From positions 128,001 through 192,000 of the forward strand of contig CBDCQT010000007.1 of NCBI GenBank assembly GCA_965220745.1: a stretch of DNA of 64,000 nt, written 5' to 3'. The DNA comes from Alphaproteobacteria bacterium. Lineage in GTDB: Bacteria > Pseudomonadota > Alphaproteobacteria > UBA828. Below are positions 9,758 to 19,881 of this stretch, one piece after another (position 1 is the stretch's first letter; each line of letters begins with the position of its first letter). Under the pieces are notes generated by a model. The model was not told the origin of the DNA and searched no databases. It was given only the letters and a program-made list of their open reading frames with translations. The position numbers were made by a program, and so were the translations under genes.

Positions 9758-10034
9758 GCTCAGCCTCCCACTCCTCCAGAAATCCATTTCTCGGCGCCCC
9801 GAACCGGCGCGGCCCGCTACGGTCCCCGGCTCGGTTCCCATGACAACTCCGAGCCGCACTATACACGGATGGAGTACCGCAATTCCATGGCCGACCAATG
9901 AGATCGTTGCGCCGCACGGGGCAGCGGTGCGCGCGGGCGGGTGGTGCCCCTCCTCGCCAAAGACTTCTGGCCGTTCTACCTGCTGGCCAGAGCGCTGGGG
10001 CCGGTAGGATTGTCGGTCTGGCAGTTCGGGAAAG

Positions 10035-10325
10035 CGAAGCTTGAGGTTGTCGTACTAGAGCTCGCCCGGCACGCCTTGCCACGCCTCGAAGGCCGCGACG
10101 TGGCCGCGCAGGAAGTTGCTCATGCCGGCGTCGAGCTAGAAGCGCAGGAAGAGCCGCTGCGAGTAGTTCAGCACCATCACGAAGGCCACCAGGTGGCACT
10201 CCGCGCGGCCGATCCCCACGTGCCGAAGTGGGCCCAGTCGACCTGGTCCTGCTCGCCGGGAAGGGTCTTGAGGCGCAGATAGGACTCGGCCGCTCGCGGG
10301 CGACGAGGCGGCGGAAGTGGCTCTG
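10035..10325 (-). mobile_element. istA: IS21-family IstA transposase fragment (degenerate)
   Basis: Manual translation [26 protein letters not shown] / [49 protein letters not shown], with stops and frameshifts. Confidence 0.8.
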
Positions 10326-10335
10326 CCTCCCTCGA

Positions 10336-10525
10336 TAGTCGGCGGCGGTGATCAGTTTTCGGAGCTTGGCGGAGCCCGTGACGTTGGTGCGCTCGCCCAC
10401 ATTGACGAAGGTGCTGCCGTCGTCGCCGCTCTCAAAGGGCTCCAGCCCGGCGAGGCGGAGCTTGGGCGTGCTCTCGGGCACCGCGCGCGGAGGATGAACC
10501 GCGACGGCGTCGACGATACAGCCGG
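10336..10525 (-). pseudogene. metH: Diverged internal fragment of a second metH
   Basis: [42 protein letters not shown] aligns with metH 13269-13461 ([42 protein letters not shown]). Confidence 0.85.
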
Positions 10526-10527
10526 TG

Positions 10528-10665
10528 TTGCGCTGTGGAGAGGATCAACGGCCTCCCGACGACAGCTTCAACTTCGAGAGCCGCTACATCCTCGGGCCGG
10601 CCAGATTGATGGGTCGTCTCAGTCAGCCGCGGGCAGTGATTATGCTGCTGCGAGCGCTGAAATTG
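10528..10665 (+). mobile_element. C-terminal fragment of a DDE transposase (degenerate)
   Basis: VERING / DDSFNFESRYILGPARLMGRLSQPRAVIMLL resembles the ERINxRxDxxFxFExHFIRG..V.LALAVM tail of DDE transposases. Confidence 0.45.
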
Positions 10666-10678
10666 TTCTACGACCGGC

Positions 10679-13600
10679 TCAATGAACCTCTTCGGGTTGC
10701 TGTGAGCCGGTCGGATCGTAAGCGAGGTTGGGCGCGAGCCACGCCTCGGTCTCCTCGATGGATGTCTCCTTGCGGCTCGCGTAGTCCACCACTTGGTCGC
10801 GGCCGAGCTTGCCGACGCCGAAATACGTGCTCTCCGGATGGCTGAAATAGAGGCCGCAGACCGACGATGCGGGCCACATGGCGCAGCTCTCGGTTAGCTT
10901 TAGCCCGGTGCGGGTCTCGGCCTCGAGCAGCGCGAAGATCGTACGCTTCTCGCTGTGGTCGGGGCAGGCGGGATAGCCGGGAGCCGGCCTGATGCCGCGA
11001 TAGCGCTCTCCGATCAGCTCGTCGTTCGCCAGCGCCTCGTTGGGCGCGTAGCCCCAGAGTGCCTTGCGCGTGCGCTCGTGCAGGAACTCCGCGAAGGCCT
11101 CCGCCAGCCGGTCCCCGAGGGCCTTGACCATGATGGCGCCGTAGTCGTCGAGGGCCTGCTCGTGCGCCTCCGCCAACCGCTCCACGCCGTCTCCCATGGT
11201 GACCGCGAAGCCGCCGACATGGTCGTCCACGCCCGAGTCCCGAGGCGCCACGAAGTCCGCCAGCGCGCGGTTGGGGCGCTCGTGCGTGCGTGACATCTGC
11301 TGGCGCAGCGTGCGGAGCGTGGCGACCGGTCGCGCGCGGCCGCCGTTCGCGAACAACTCGATGTCGTCGTCCTCGCTGCAAGCCGGCCAAAAGCCGACGA
11401 CGCCGAGCGGTGCGAACGCGCCCTCGGCGACGATCTTCTCCAGCATGGCGTTCGCATCGTCGAACAGCGACCGAGCCGCTTCACCGACCGTCTCGTCGTC
11501 GAGGATCGCCGGATAAGTGCCGGCGAGTTCCCAGCTTCGGAAGAAGGGCGTCCAGTCGATATAGGGGATCAGGTCGGCCACCCCGATATCGGCGATGGTG
11601 CGCACGCCGGTGAAGCTGGGCGCCGGTGCCCGGTAGCGCGACCAGTCGAGCCGCGCCCGGTTGGCCCGCGCCTCGGCGAGCGAGAGCATGCGCCTGCCCG
11701 CCTGCCCGCGCCCGTGGGCCGCCCGCATCTCGTCGTAGCGTTCCCTGATTTCAGCGGCGAAGGCCTGGCGCCGCTCCGGGCTGACCAGGGTGCCAGCCAC
11801 GCCCACCGCCTTCGATGCATCCGTCACATGCACCACCGCGCCGCTGTAGGCGGGCGCGATCTTCACCGCCGTATGCATGCGGCTCGTGGTGGCGCCGCCG
11901 ATCATCAGCGGCAGGTCCAGGCCCTGGCGCTCCATCTCCGCGGCGAGCCGGCACATCTGGTCGAGGCTCGGTGTGATCAGCCCCGAGACCCCGATCAGGT
12001 CTGCGTTTTCGCTGCGGGCGGTGTCGAGGATCTGCGCCGCCGGCACCATGACGCCGAGGTCGATCACCTCGAAGTTGTTGCAGCGGAGAACTACGCCCAC
12101 GATGTTCTTGCCGATGTCGTGCACATCGCCCTTGACCGTGGCGGTGACGATCGTGCCGGAGGCTTTGGGCGCGGCCCCGCCCTCGCGCTTTTCCGCCTCG
12201 ATGAAGGGCACGAGATGGGCGACCGCCTGCTTCATCACGCGAGCGCTCTTGACTACCTGCGGCAGGAACATCTTGCCGGCGCCGAACAGGTCGCCAACGA
12301 CGTTCATGCCGTCCATCAGAGGCCCTTCGATCACCGCAAGCGCGCGGTCGGCTGCCAGCCGCGCCTCCTCGGTGTCGTCGACGATGTGATCGGCGATGCC
12401 GTGGACCAGCGCGAAGCGGAGCCTGCCGTCGACATCCTGGTCGCGCCAGGCGTCCGCATCCTCGTGCCGCGCAGCACCGGCGCCCGCGTCGCGGTAACGC
12501 TCGGCGATCTCCAGCAAGCGCTCGGTGGCGTCCGACCGGCGGTTGAGCAGCACGTCCTCGACCGCGTCTCTCAGCGCCTCGGGGATGTCCTCGTAGACCG
12601 CGAGCTGGCCCGCGTTGACGATCCCCATGTCCATGCCCGCGCCGATCGCGTGATAGAGGAAGGCCGCGTGCATCGCCTCGCGCACGGTGTTGTTGCCGCG
12701 GAACGCGAACGAGATGTTCGAGACCCCGCCCGAGACATGGACGTGCGGCCAGCGCGCCTTGATGGCGCGGGCGGTCTCGATGAAGGCGCGGGCGTAGTCG
12801 TCGTGCTCCTCGATGCCGGTGGCGACGGCGAAGATGTTGGGATCGAAGATGATGTCGGCAGGGGCGAAGCCGGCGCGCTCGGTGAGCAGGCGATAGGCGC
12901 GCTCGCAGATCGCGAGCTTGCGCTCGGGCGTCTCGGCCTGTCCCTGCTCGTCGAAGGCCATGACCACCACGGCCGCGCCGTAGCGCCTCACCAGCCGGGC
13001 CTGCGCGAGGAAGGGCTCCTCCCCCTCCTTGAGGCTGATGGAGTTGACCACAGGCTTGCCCGCGACCGCTCGCAAGCCCGCCTCGATGGCGGGCCAGTGG
13101 GAGGAATCGATCATCACGGGCACGCGCGCGATATCCGGCTCGGCCGCGATTAGGTTGAGGAAGCGGGCCATGGCGGCCTCGCCGTCCAGCATCCCCTCGT
13201 CCATGTTGATGTCGATGATCTGGGCGCCGTTCTCCACCTGCTGGCGCGCCACCTCGAGCGCGGCAGGGTAGTCGCCGGCGGTGATCAGCTTGCGGAATCG
13301 GGCCGAGCCCGTGACGTTGGTGCGCTCGCCCACATTGATGAAGGTGCTGCCGTCCTGGGCGCTCTCGAATGGCTCCAGCCCAGCCAGGCAAAGTCTGGGT
13401 GCGGCCTGGGGCGGGACGCGCGGCGAATGACCCGCGACCGCGTCGGCGATGGCGGCGATGTGAGCAGGGGTGGTGCCGCAGCAACCGCCCACCAGGTTGA
13501 CCAGGCCCGCCTCGGCCCACTCGCCCAGCTGCGCGGCGGTCTCGTCCGGCGTCTCGTCGTAGCCGCCAAACTCGTTGGGAAGGCCGGCATTGGGGTAGGC

Positions 13601-14464
13601 GCTGATCCGCGTCTCGGCGATCCGTGCCAGATCGGCGAGGTGCGGGCGCATGTCGGCCGCGCCGAAGGAGCAGTTGAGCCCGATGCTGAAGGGCGCCGCA
13701 TGGGCGAGCGTCAGCCAGAAGGCCTCGACGGTCTGGCCATTGAGCATGCGGCCCGCCCGGTCGGTGACCGTGCCCGAGATGAGGATGGGCAGCCGCGTGC
13801 CGGAAGCTTCGAACATCTCGTCCAGCGCGACCAGGGCCGCCTTGGCATTCAGCGAATCGAAGATCGTCTCCAGCAGGATGAGATCGACCCCACCCTCCAC
13901 CAGGGCTTCGGCCGCCTCGCAGTAGGCGGCGCCCAGCGTAGCGAAATCGATGCCGCGCTTGCCCGGATCGTTCACGTCCGGCGAGACCGAAAGAGTCTTG
14001 TTGGTCGGGCCGAGCACGCCCGCGACGAAGCGGGGGCGCTCGTCGGTGGCAGCGTCATCGGCGGCGTCGCGCGCGATCCGGGCGCCGGCGAGATTGATGG
14101 CGCGCACGGCGTCGCTGAGGCCGTAGTCCTCCTGGGACACCCGGTTCGCGTTGAAGGTGTTGGTGGTGACGATATCAGCGCCGGCCTCAAGGAATCTCGC
14201 ATGAATGTCGCGGATGACCTCCGGCCGGGTCACTGAGAGCAGGTCGTTGTTGCCGGCGAGCTCGTGGTCGTGGTCGGCATAGAGCGTGCCGCGAAAATCG
14301 GCTTCGCCCAGCCCGTGGCGCTGAATCATGGTGCCCATGGCCCCGTCTAGCAGTAGTACGCGCCGGGCCGCGGCGGTTTCGAGCGCAGCACAGCGCGAGG
14401 CGCGCCGGCCATCGCCCGAAGTGTCGATCTGCGAGTGTCGGTCGTCCTGTCTCGCCGCGGTCAC
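10679..14464 (-). CDS. metH: Cobalamin-dependent methionine synthase
   Basis: [40 protein letters not shown]12 motif and [12 protein letters not shown]; start uncertain (GTG 14464 or TTG 14527). Confidence 0.97.
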   Translation of the reverse strand: MTAARQDDRHSQIDTSGDGRRASRCAALETAAARRVLLLDGAMGTMIQRHGLGEADFRGTLYADHDHELAGNNDLLSVTRPEVIRDIHARFLEAGADIVTTNTFNANRVSQEDYGLSDAVRAINLAGARIARDAADDAATDERPRFVAGVLGPTNKTLSVSPDVNDPGKRGIDFATLGAAYCEAAEALVEGGVDLILLETIFDSLNAKAALVALDEMFEASGTRLPILISGTVTDRAGRMLNGQTVEAFWLTLAHAAPFSIGLNCSFGAADMRPHLADLARIAETRISAYPNAGLPNEFGGYDETPDETAAQLGEWAEAGLVNLVGGCCGTTPAHIAAIADAVAGHSPRVPPQAAPRLCLAGLEPFESAQDGSTFINVGERTNVTGSARFRKLITAGDYPAALEVARQQVENGAQIIDINMDEGMLDGEAAMARFLNLIAAEPDIARVPVMIDSSHWPAIEAGLRAVAGKPVVNSISLKEGEEPFLAQARLVRRYGAAVVVMAFDEQGQAETPERKLAICERAYRLLTERAGFAPADIIFDPNIFAVATGIEEHDDYARAFIETARAIKARWPHVHVSGGVSNISFAFRGNNTVREAMHAAFLYHAIGAGMDMGIVNAGQLAVYEDIPEALRDAVEDVLLNRRSDATERLLEIAERYRDAGAGAARHEDADAWRDQDVDGRLRFALVHGIADHIVDDTEEARLAADRALAVIEGPLMDGMNVVGDLFGAGKMFLPQVVKSARVMKQAVAHLVPFIEAEKREGGAAPKASGTIVTATVKGDVHDIGKNIVGVVLRCNNFEVIDLGVMVPAAQILDTARSENADLIGVSGLITPSLDQMCRLAAEMERQGLDLPLMIGGATTSRMHTAVKIAPAYSGAVVHVTDASKAVGVAGTLVSPERRQAFAAEIRERYDEMRAAHGRGQAGRRMLSLAEARANRARLDWSRYRAPAPSFTGVRTIADIGVADLIPYIDWTPFFRSWELAGTYPAILDDETVGEAARSLFDDANAMLEKIVAEGAFAPLGVVGFWPACSEDDDIELFANGGRARPVATLRTLRQQMSRTHERPNRALADFVAPRDSGVDDHVGGFAVTMGDGVERLAEAHEQALDDYGAIMVKALGDRLAEAFAEFLHERTRKALWGYAPNEALANDELIGERYRGIRPAPGYPACPDHSEKRTIFALLEAETRTGLKLTESCAMWPASSVCGLYFSHPESTYFGVGKLGRDQVVDYASRKETSIEETEAWLAPNLAYDPTGSQQPEEVH

Positions 14465-14524
14465 GGGCCGCCCCTGTGGCCCACCGCACGAAAATGCCCA
14501 CCGCGGCTGAAGCCGGGCGGGCCC

Positions 14525-14580
14525 CAACGCTTTAGCCGCATTTGTAAAGCGCCCGCAAGCTGTCGCTCAAATCGGCGCTA
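14525..14580 (-). ncRNA. SAM-II (SAM-alpha) riboswitch upstream of metH
   Basis: Minus strand AGCGCCGATTTGAGCGACAGCTTGCGGGCGCTTTACAAATGCGGCTAAAGCG: P1 AGCGCC/GGCGCT plus the GATTT, TTGC and AAAT..GCTAAA elements of SAM-II. Confidence 0.85.
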
Positions 14581-14588
14581 TGGAGCGT

Positions 14589-14617
14589 TACCTATGGGCG
14601 CCGGGTCGTCCTGTCAA
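14589..14617 (-). promoter_or_regulatory. Sigma70-like promoter for the riboswitch-metH transcript
   Basis: TTGACA (14617-14612), 17 nt spacer, TAGGTA, ending a few nt before the riboswitch. Confidence 0.5.
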
Positions 14618-14915
14618 GAGGCGGGCGGAAGAGCACCGCCGTCAACGAACCGGTTGCGAAGCTGCCGGTCAGGTGATGCACAGCCGGATGGCGGTCGTAT
14701 CCCAAGGTTACATCGTTGAGGGAAAAGGCCGCTGTCATGGCAGCCAACCCCTTGCCTAGGCCGCGGCGTCCCGGAGCAAGGCGGCAAGGCCACCGGCCCG
14801 GAGACGTCGAGCGACCACACCACTGCTGAGGAGCGAGACGGCGCGCCCGAGCCGCGCCTCATCCGCGGACCCGTTGATCCTCATCGGCCTACGCATTGAT
14901 GGGAAAATCCAACAT

Positions 14916-15821
14916 CTATGTCTCCGAGCCGGGTACGACGCCGCGCGGTAGACTCACGACGTGGTCCGCGATTTCGCCCGGCCGTGTGAACCACACATGC
15001 CCACTGTCAACGTGCGTCCGAATATGCTGAAGCGCGCGTCGGAGCTGGACCAACCGGAATGGCTGTCCGACGACAGGCGTATGGAGCGAGATTGCGCAGA
15101 CGAGCGGCTGTTGTGCCGATTGACGCAGCATTTCGTCGAACTGATCGACGATCAGGCCGGTAAAGTCAGCGGCCGTATGATGGCGGGTGAGCATGGCTGG
15201 CGCGTCATTGATCTCAACCGGATACGGCATCGCCAATAGCGGACCGGCACGCGTCGCGAGCCAGACCGGTTGGTCATCCAGCGGCCAATCGAGAACGTAG
15301 GAATAGCCTGCCTCCTTGAGCAGGTCGGGGGTGATCCCCGTTTCCGAAATTCACGGACCCAGCCAACCCCGTGGCGTATAGCCTTCATGTCGAGCGATCG
15401 TTGCGGTCGTCTCGGCGATCAGTGCGCGCTCGGCTGCTTCGTTGAGATCGCCCTGGCGTTCCGAATTCGTCCGACCGTGCGCGACGATCTCGTCACCACG
15501 TGCCCGAGCGCGATCGAGAATCTGTGGCGCATAGTCATAGACTGCAGAGTTGACCAGAAGGCAGGCCGGAATTTGCAATTCGTCGAAAAGATCGAAGAGT
15601 CTCCAGATGCCGACGCGCAGGCCGTAATCGCGCCAGGCAAAGTTCCTCATATCGGGCTGAGGTGTCGTATAGGACGGCGTATGACCGAGCCCCTCGCCGA
15701 AATGAAAGTGCTCCACATTGACGGCGACGTAGAAGGCAAGCCGCTTGCCACCGGGCCATTCGTAATGCGGTCGGCCAGAGATGGGACTATAGCGGTAGCG
15801 GCCGTGCGTTTTGAGGATCAT
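14916..15821 (-). pseudogene. Polysaccharide deacetylase / PuuE-allantoinase-like protein interrupted by one in-frame TGA
   Basis: ORFs 15351-15821 and 14916-15236 are in one frame: ...PRGWLGP*ISETGITPDLLKEAGYSYVLDW...; motifs VNVEHF, RDYGLRVG, AHG and ISLHT..GQPFR. Confidence 0.85.
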
Positions 15822-15991
15822 TGCAGTTCACGCTCCGCCTGCTCGAACCAGCTAATTGCACGCGCAAGATGGGCCTCACCCCAGGTCGCAATGAACTTCT
15901 GCGTGCCGTGGTCAACGGGGTCGCGAAGCGCCGCGAGACGTTGTTCGACATAGGCCTGGGTGAACGAGATGCGGCAAAGCACGGTGATCAT
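15818..15991 (-). CDS. Small 57-aa hypothetical protein (below the ORF-track cutoff)
   Basis: MITVLCRISFTQAYVEQRLAALRDPVDHGTQKFIATWGEAHLARAISWFEQAERELQ*; stop overlaps the deacetylase start (ATGA). Confidence 0.55.
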   Translation of the reverse strand: MITVLCRISFTQAYVEQRLAALRDPVDHGTQKFIATWGEAHLARAISWFEQAERELQ

Positions 15992-16143
15992 GAGAACGAC
16001 CTAAAGATTGAGGACGCACGCCCCGCCGCGTCGGCAATCGCACCAAGCGTTGCGGAAAGCGCCGGAACACGAAGAGCGCCCGGATGAATTGGAAGGTCCG
16101 TGCACGGGATCGGCGATCGGGCAAGGCGGGACGACGCGCATGT

Positions 16144-16704
16144 TCAGAACTCCCCCTCAAGGCGCTTGTATCCCTGAACGAGGGAGTTGTTGGTGCGCAC
16201 GACGTCCTCCGAGAACGCGGAGGCATCGGCGGTGACCTTCGGTATGGCGGCGAGGTCGGTGTGGGGTCCGATACGCTGTGTGGAGGGGACGCAGAGCCCG
16301 GCCGGCAGGTCACAGCCATCGACCACCGCGTTGTGGCCCACAACACAGCCTTCGCCCACCGCGCAGTCGAAGAGCACGCTGTTGAAGCCGATGAAGGCAC
16401 TGTCGCCGACCGCGCAGGGGCCGTGGACAATCGCGCGATGTGCGATCGACGTCCGCTCGCCGATGGTGACCGCCGCTCCGGACTTGGAGTGGATGACCAC
16501 GCCGTCCTGAATGTTCGAGTGCGCACCGATGACGATGGCCTCCATATGGCCGTGTGCGTCCACCTCGTCGGCGCGGATCACGGCATAGGGTCCGATGAAG
16601 ACGTTCGCATGGACGACCACGCGCCCACAGAGAATGGCCGTTGGATCGACAAAGGCGCTGTCATGGACAACCGGGAGATCGCCGCGTGGGTTCTTGCGGA
16701 TCAT
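16144..16704 (-). CDS. Gamma-class carbonic anhydrase (hexapeptide repeat)
   Basis: MIRKNPRGDLP start, IRADE, SNIQDGVVIH and IAHRAIVHG (three His ligands). Confidence 0.9.
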   Translation of the reverse strand: MIRKNPRGDLPVVHDSAFVDPTAILCGRVVVHANVFIGPYAVIRADEVDAHGHMEAIVIGAHSNIQDGVVIHSKSGAAVTIGERTSIAHRAIVHGPCAVGDSAFIGFNSVLFDCAVGEGCVVGHNAVVDGCDLPAGLCVPSTQRIGPHTDLAAIPKVTADASAFSEDVVRTNNSLVQGYKRLEGEF

Positions 16705-16770
16705 TCGGCCGGCGATTCCGTTTTCATGGCTGACATGGATTGAAGGCAGCGGGGACATCGCGGCATTGGC

Positions 16771-18153
16771 CTATCTGGCCTTTTGCCAAGCCGGGCCATC
16801 GGCCCGATCCTGAACCACCACGCCGAGGCCAGCGAGTTCGTCGCGGATCCGATCCGCGGTGGCGTAGTCTCGTGCCGATCGAGCGGCCAACCGTGCCTCA
16901 ACCAGTCGCCGGATCCTTGCCATCTCTCCGTCTTCTCCGGTGGGCTGTCCGAACCAAACCGCGGGATCCTCTTGCAGCAGGCCGAGCAGACCGCCGGCTT
17001 CGCGCAAGGCCGCTTTGTAAGCGGCACGTTCCGCCGCGGTCGTTGCCCGGCGCGCCGCCTTTGCTGTTCGGAAGAGTTCGGCGATTGCTCTTGGAAAATT
17101 CAGATCGTCCTCAAGGGCCGTCACGAACGCGTCCAGCAGGCCGAGCGGACAGGCAATATCGGGAGCATCGCCGAGATCGCGGAGCACGCCGTAAAGACGG
17201 TCGAGACCATGCCGCGCCTGAGCGAGTCCGTCCGTGCTCCAGTCGAGCGGCTGGCGATAGTGCGCTCCCAGCAGCGCGAAGCGGATGGCCTCACCCGGCG
17301 CCTCGTCGAGGAGATCGCGGACGAGAAGCACGTTGCCGAGCGACTTCGACATCTTCCGCCCCCGGACGGTGACGAAGCCGTTGTGGACCCAATGTCGGCA
17401 GTACGGCTCTCCGTCATGGGCGCAGGTGCCTTGGGCGATCTCGTTCTCGTGGTGCGGAAAGATCAGGTCTTGACCGCCGCCATGAATGTCGATCGACGCC
17501 CCCAGATGCCGCTTGATCATGGCCGAGCATTCGATATGCCAGCCGGGTCGCCCGCGGCCCCAGGGGCTCTCCCAGCCCGGCAGGTCTGGGGTCGAGGGCT
17601 TCCAGAGGACGAAGTCCGCCGGGTCTCGCTTGAAGGGGGCCACTTCCACCCGCGCACCGGCGATCATCTCATCGCGATTGCGGCCAGAGAGGGCGCCGTA
17701 AGCCGAAAACGAGGGCACATGGAACAGGACATGCCCCTCGACCGCATAGGCATGACCCCGCGCGATCAGCCGCTCCACCATGCCGATGATCTCGGCGATA
17801 TGCTCCGTCACGCGCGGCTCAAGGTCCGGCGTCAGGACCCCGAGCGCGGCCATGTCGGATTGGTAGGCCTCGATATAGCGATCAGTGACGAACGAGATCG
17901 TCTGGCCGGCCTCCTTCGCGGCGGCGTTGATCTTGTCGTCGACATCCGTGAAGTTGCGGGCGTAGACGACCCGCCCGAAGCGCCGCTTCAGGAGGCGATA
18001 CAGAACGTCGAACACGACCGCCGGGCGGGCATTGCCGATATGGGCGAAGTTGTAGACGGTCGGCCCGCAGACATACATCGTGACGTGATCGGGGTTCGCC
18101 GGCGCGAACGGCTCCTTCGTTCGCTTCAAGGTGTTGGTCAGGCTCAGCGTCAT
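16771..18153 (-). CDS. cysS: Cysteinyl-tRNA synthetase (possibly a Zur-regulated second copy)
   Basis: [36 protein letters not shown] and KMSKS. Confidence 0.96.
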   Translation of the reverse strand: MTLSLTNTLKRTKEPFAPANPDHVTMYVCGPTVYNFAHIGNARPAVVFDVLYRLLKRRFGRVVYARNFTDVDDKINAAAKEAGQTISFVTDRYIEAYQSDMAALGVLTPDLEPRVTEHIAEIIGMVERLIARGHAYAVEGHVLFHVPSFSAYGALSGRNRDEMIAGARVEVAPFKRDPADFVLWKPSTPDLPGWESPWGRGRPGWHIECSAMIKRHLGASIDIHGGGQDLIFPHHENEIAQGTCAHDGEPYCRHWVHNGFVTVRGRKMSKSLGNVLLVRDLLDEAPGEAIRFALLGAHYRQPLDWSTDGLAQARHGLDRLYGVLRDLGDAPDIACPLGLLDAFVTALEDDLNFPRAIAELFRTAKAARRATTAAERAAYKAALREAGGLLGLLQEDPAVWFGQPTGEDGEMARIRRLVEARLAARSARDYATADRIRDELAGLGVVVQDRADGPAWQKAR

Positions 18154-18455
18154 CTTCGCGCCTCGAACATTGCGATGTCGCTGTCGCCCGCCTCGACGGG
18201 CAGGATTTTCGGCTGCCGGATGGTGCAGCAGAGGCAGCCGCTCGACATCTCGATGACGACGTCATCTTTGCTGTGCGTCACGAGGTCGTGGTCGAGGCCG
18301 GTCTCGCCGAACTCGTTGATGAGCACGAGTGTCCGGCTCAGCGCGGGTTGCTGGATCAGATAATTGAGGACAGTCGTCTTGCCGCTGCCCAAGAACCCGG
18401 TCAGCACCGAGATCGGCAGACGCTGCGATGATCCGTCGAGATTCCAGCTTTCCAT
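18150..18455 (-). pseudogene. Truncated COG0523 (CobW-like) GTPase, N-terminus only
   Basis: GFLGSGKTT, INEFGE and GCLCCTIR, then ~21 unrelated residues and a stop. Confidence 0.85.
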
Positions 18456-18473
18456 GGCCCCCCTCTTGCCCAT

Positions 18474-18977
18474 TCAGGCCGCGCCGGCCGCGATGCAACT
18501 CGCGCAGGTGCCCTCCACCTCGACCACGCGTCGCGTCACCCGGTACCCCAGGACGGCGGCATCCTCGGCAAGCAGCTGCTCGACCCGCAAATCCTCCGAT
18601 TCGGCCGACGCCCCGCAGTTGCTACAAATGAAGAACAGGCAATCATGCCGGCGCTCCGGATGCGCGCAGGGGACGTAAGCATTCCGGCTTTCGATCTTCG
18701 AGACGAGCCCTGGGCCATCAGGAACTCAAGCGCCCGGTAGACGGTGGGCGGCCAGACCGGGCGGGAGCCCCGAAGCTTGAAGGCTTCGATCAGTTCATAG
18801 GCGCCCGTCGGGCGACCGCTCGCCCAGAGCAGTTCCAGTATCTGGCGCCGCAGCTCTGTAAGCTGTACCCCGCGCGCTGCAGAGGGACATCGCCAGCGCA
18901 GCCCGTTCAGCCGGCGCATGCTGCCCGCGGCAGTTGGAATCGCTGCAGGGCCGAGGCTGGGTCGACGGGAGCGTCAT
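18474..18977 (-). pseudogene. zur: Frameshifted second copy of zur (Fur-family regulator)
   Basis: Co-linear with 27801-28307 (GAYELIE, PPTVYRALEFL, YVPCAHP, FICxxC, EVEGTCxxC), with two single-base deletions near 18868 and 18708. Confidence 0.85.
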
Positions 18978-19006
18978 CGGCTTGATCTCTATTGCGCTTT
19001 GAATAC

Positions 19007-19024
19007 GAAACGCTATAACGTTGC
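19007..19024. promoter_or_regulatory. Zur-box-like palindrome between the zur pseudogene and hisI
   Basis: GAAACGCTATAACGTTGC vs consensus GAAATGTTATAACATTTC. Confidence 0.6.
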
Positions 19025-19128
19025 GTTAATCGATTGCAAGCGCCCAGCCCCCTTGGAAGCCGGGCGTGGCCGCCGGAAAGGGTTTGTCATGGACACAGCG
19101 GTGGTCGGAAGCCCCAGGAGCGGCTCCG

Positions 19129-19632
19129 ATGGCTCCTGACAAATCCGTTCCGGCAGCCGTCGCCGCCTTGGCTGCCCGGACGACGGTCGAGCAGGTCGAG
19201 GAAGGCCTCGCCTCGGCACCCAAATTCGACGCCGACGGACTGATCCCCTGCATCACGACCGACGCCAACACGGGCGAAGTGTTGATGCTGGGCTACATGA
19301 ATGGCGAGGCTCTACAGCGAACGATCGCGACCGGCGAAGCGCACTACTGGAGCCGAAGCCGCCAGTGCCTTTGGTGCAAGGGCGCGACCAGTGGCCTCGT
19401 CCAAGAGGTTGTCGAGATGCGCATCGACGACGACCAGGACGCCGTCTGGCTGCGCGTCCGGGTCGCCGGTTCGGGCGCCAGTTGTCACGTCGGATACCGT
19501 TCCTGCTTCTACCGGTCGGTTGAGCTCGGCGTCTACTCCGATGGACCTGCGCGGCTCGTGTTCACGGAGTCGCGGAAATCATTTGATCCGAAGGACGTCT
19601 ACGGTGACGCGCCGAATCCGACGCGGCTTTGA
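19129..19632 (+). CDS. hisI: Phosphoribosyl-AMP cyclohydrolase (paralog-type, DDDQD instead of DCDxD)
   Basis: [29 protein letters not shown] and [11 protein letters not shown]. Confidence 0.92.
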   Translation: MAPDKSVPAAVAALAARTTVEQVEEGLASAPKFDADGLIPCITTDANTGEVLMLGYMNGEALQRTIATGEAHYWSRSRQCLWCKGATSGLVQEVVEMRIDDDQDAVWLRVRVAGSGASCHVGYRSCFYRSVELGVYSDGPARLVFTESRKSFDPKDVYGDAPNPTRL

Positions 19633-19881
19633 AGGTCTCCAACGAGCCACGCGGCGCTCCCACGCCCGAGGCGCCCGTGCCCGCCGGCTGCTCGTTCTGG
19701 GCATTGGTTGCGAGGCAGAGCCTGACCGCGTCTGCTGCCGACCACCCTCGAGCAATGCGGCAAGGGCGACGTCACGGCGAAAGGCGCGGTCGCCGGTGTT
19801 CAGACCGGCCGCTTTCCTCAGCTCTACGCGGCGCTCGCACCCAGCGCCCCCGACGTCGCAATCACGCTCTGAAGAATTGCC

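Noticed and set aside
11714-13520. Long ORFs overlapping metH (479 aa on +, 589 aa in another - frame)
   Set aside because: Shadow ORFs typical of high-GC coding DNA; no recognisable motifs
15351-15353. Selenocysteine recoding of the in-frame TGA
   Set aside because: The position appears to correspond to Trp rather than Cys, and no clear SECIS-like hairpin was recognised
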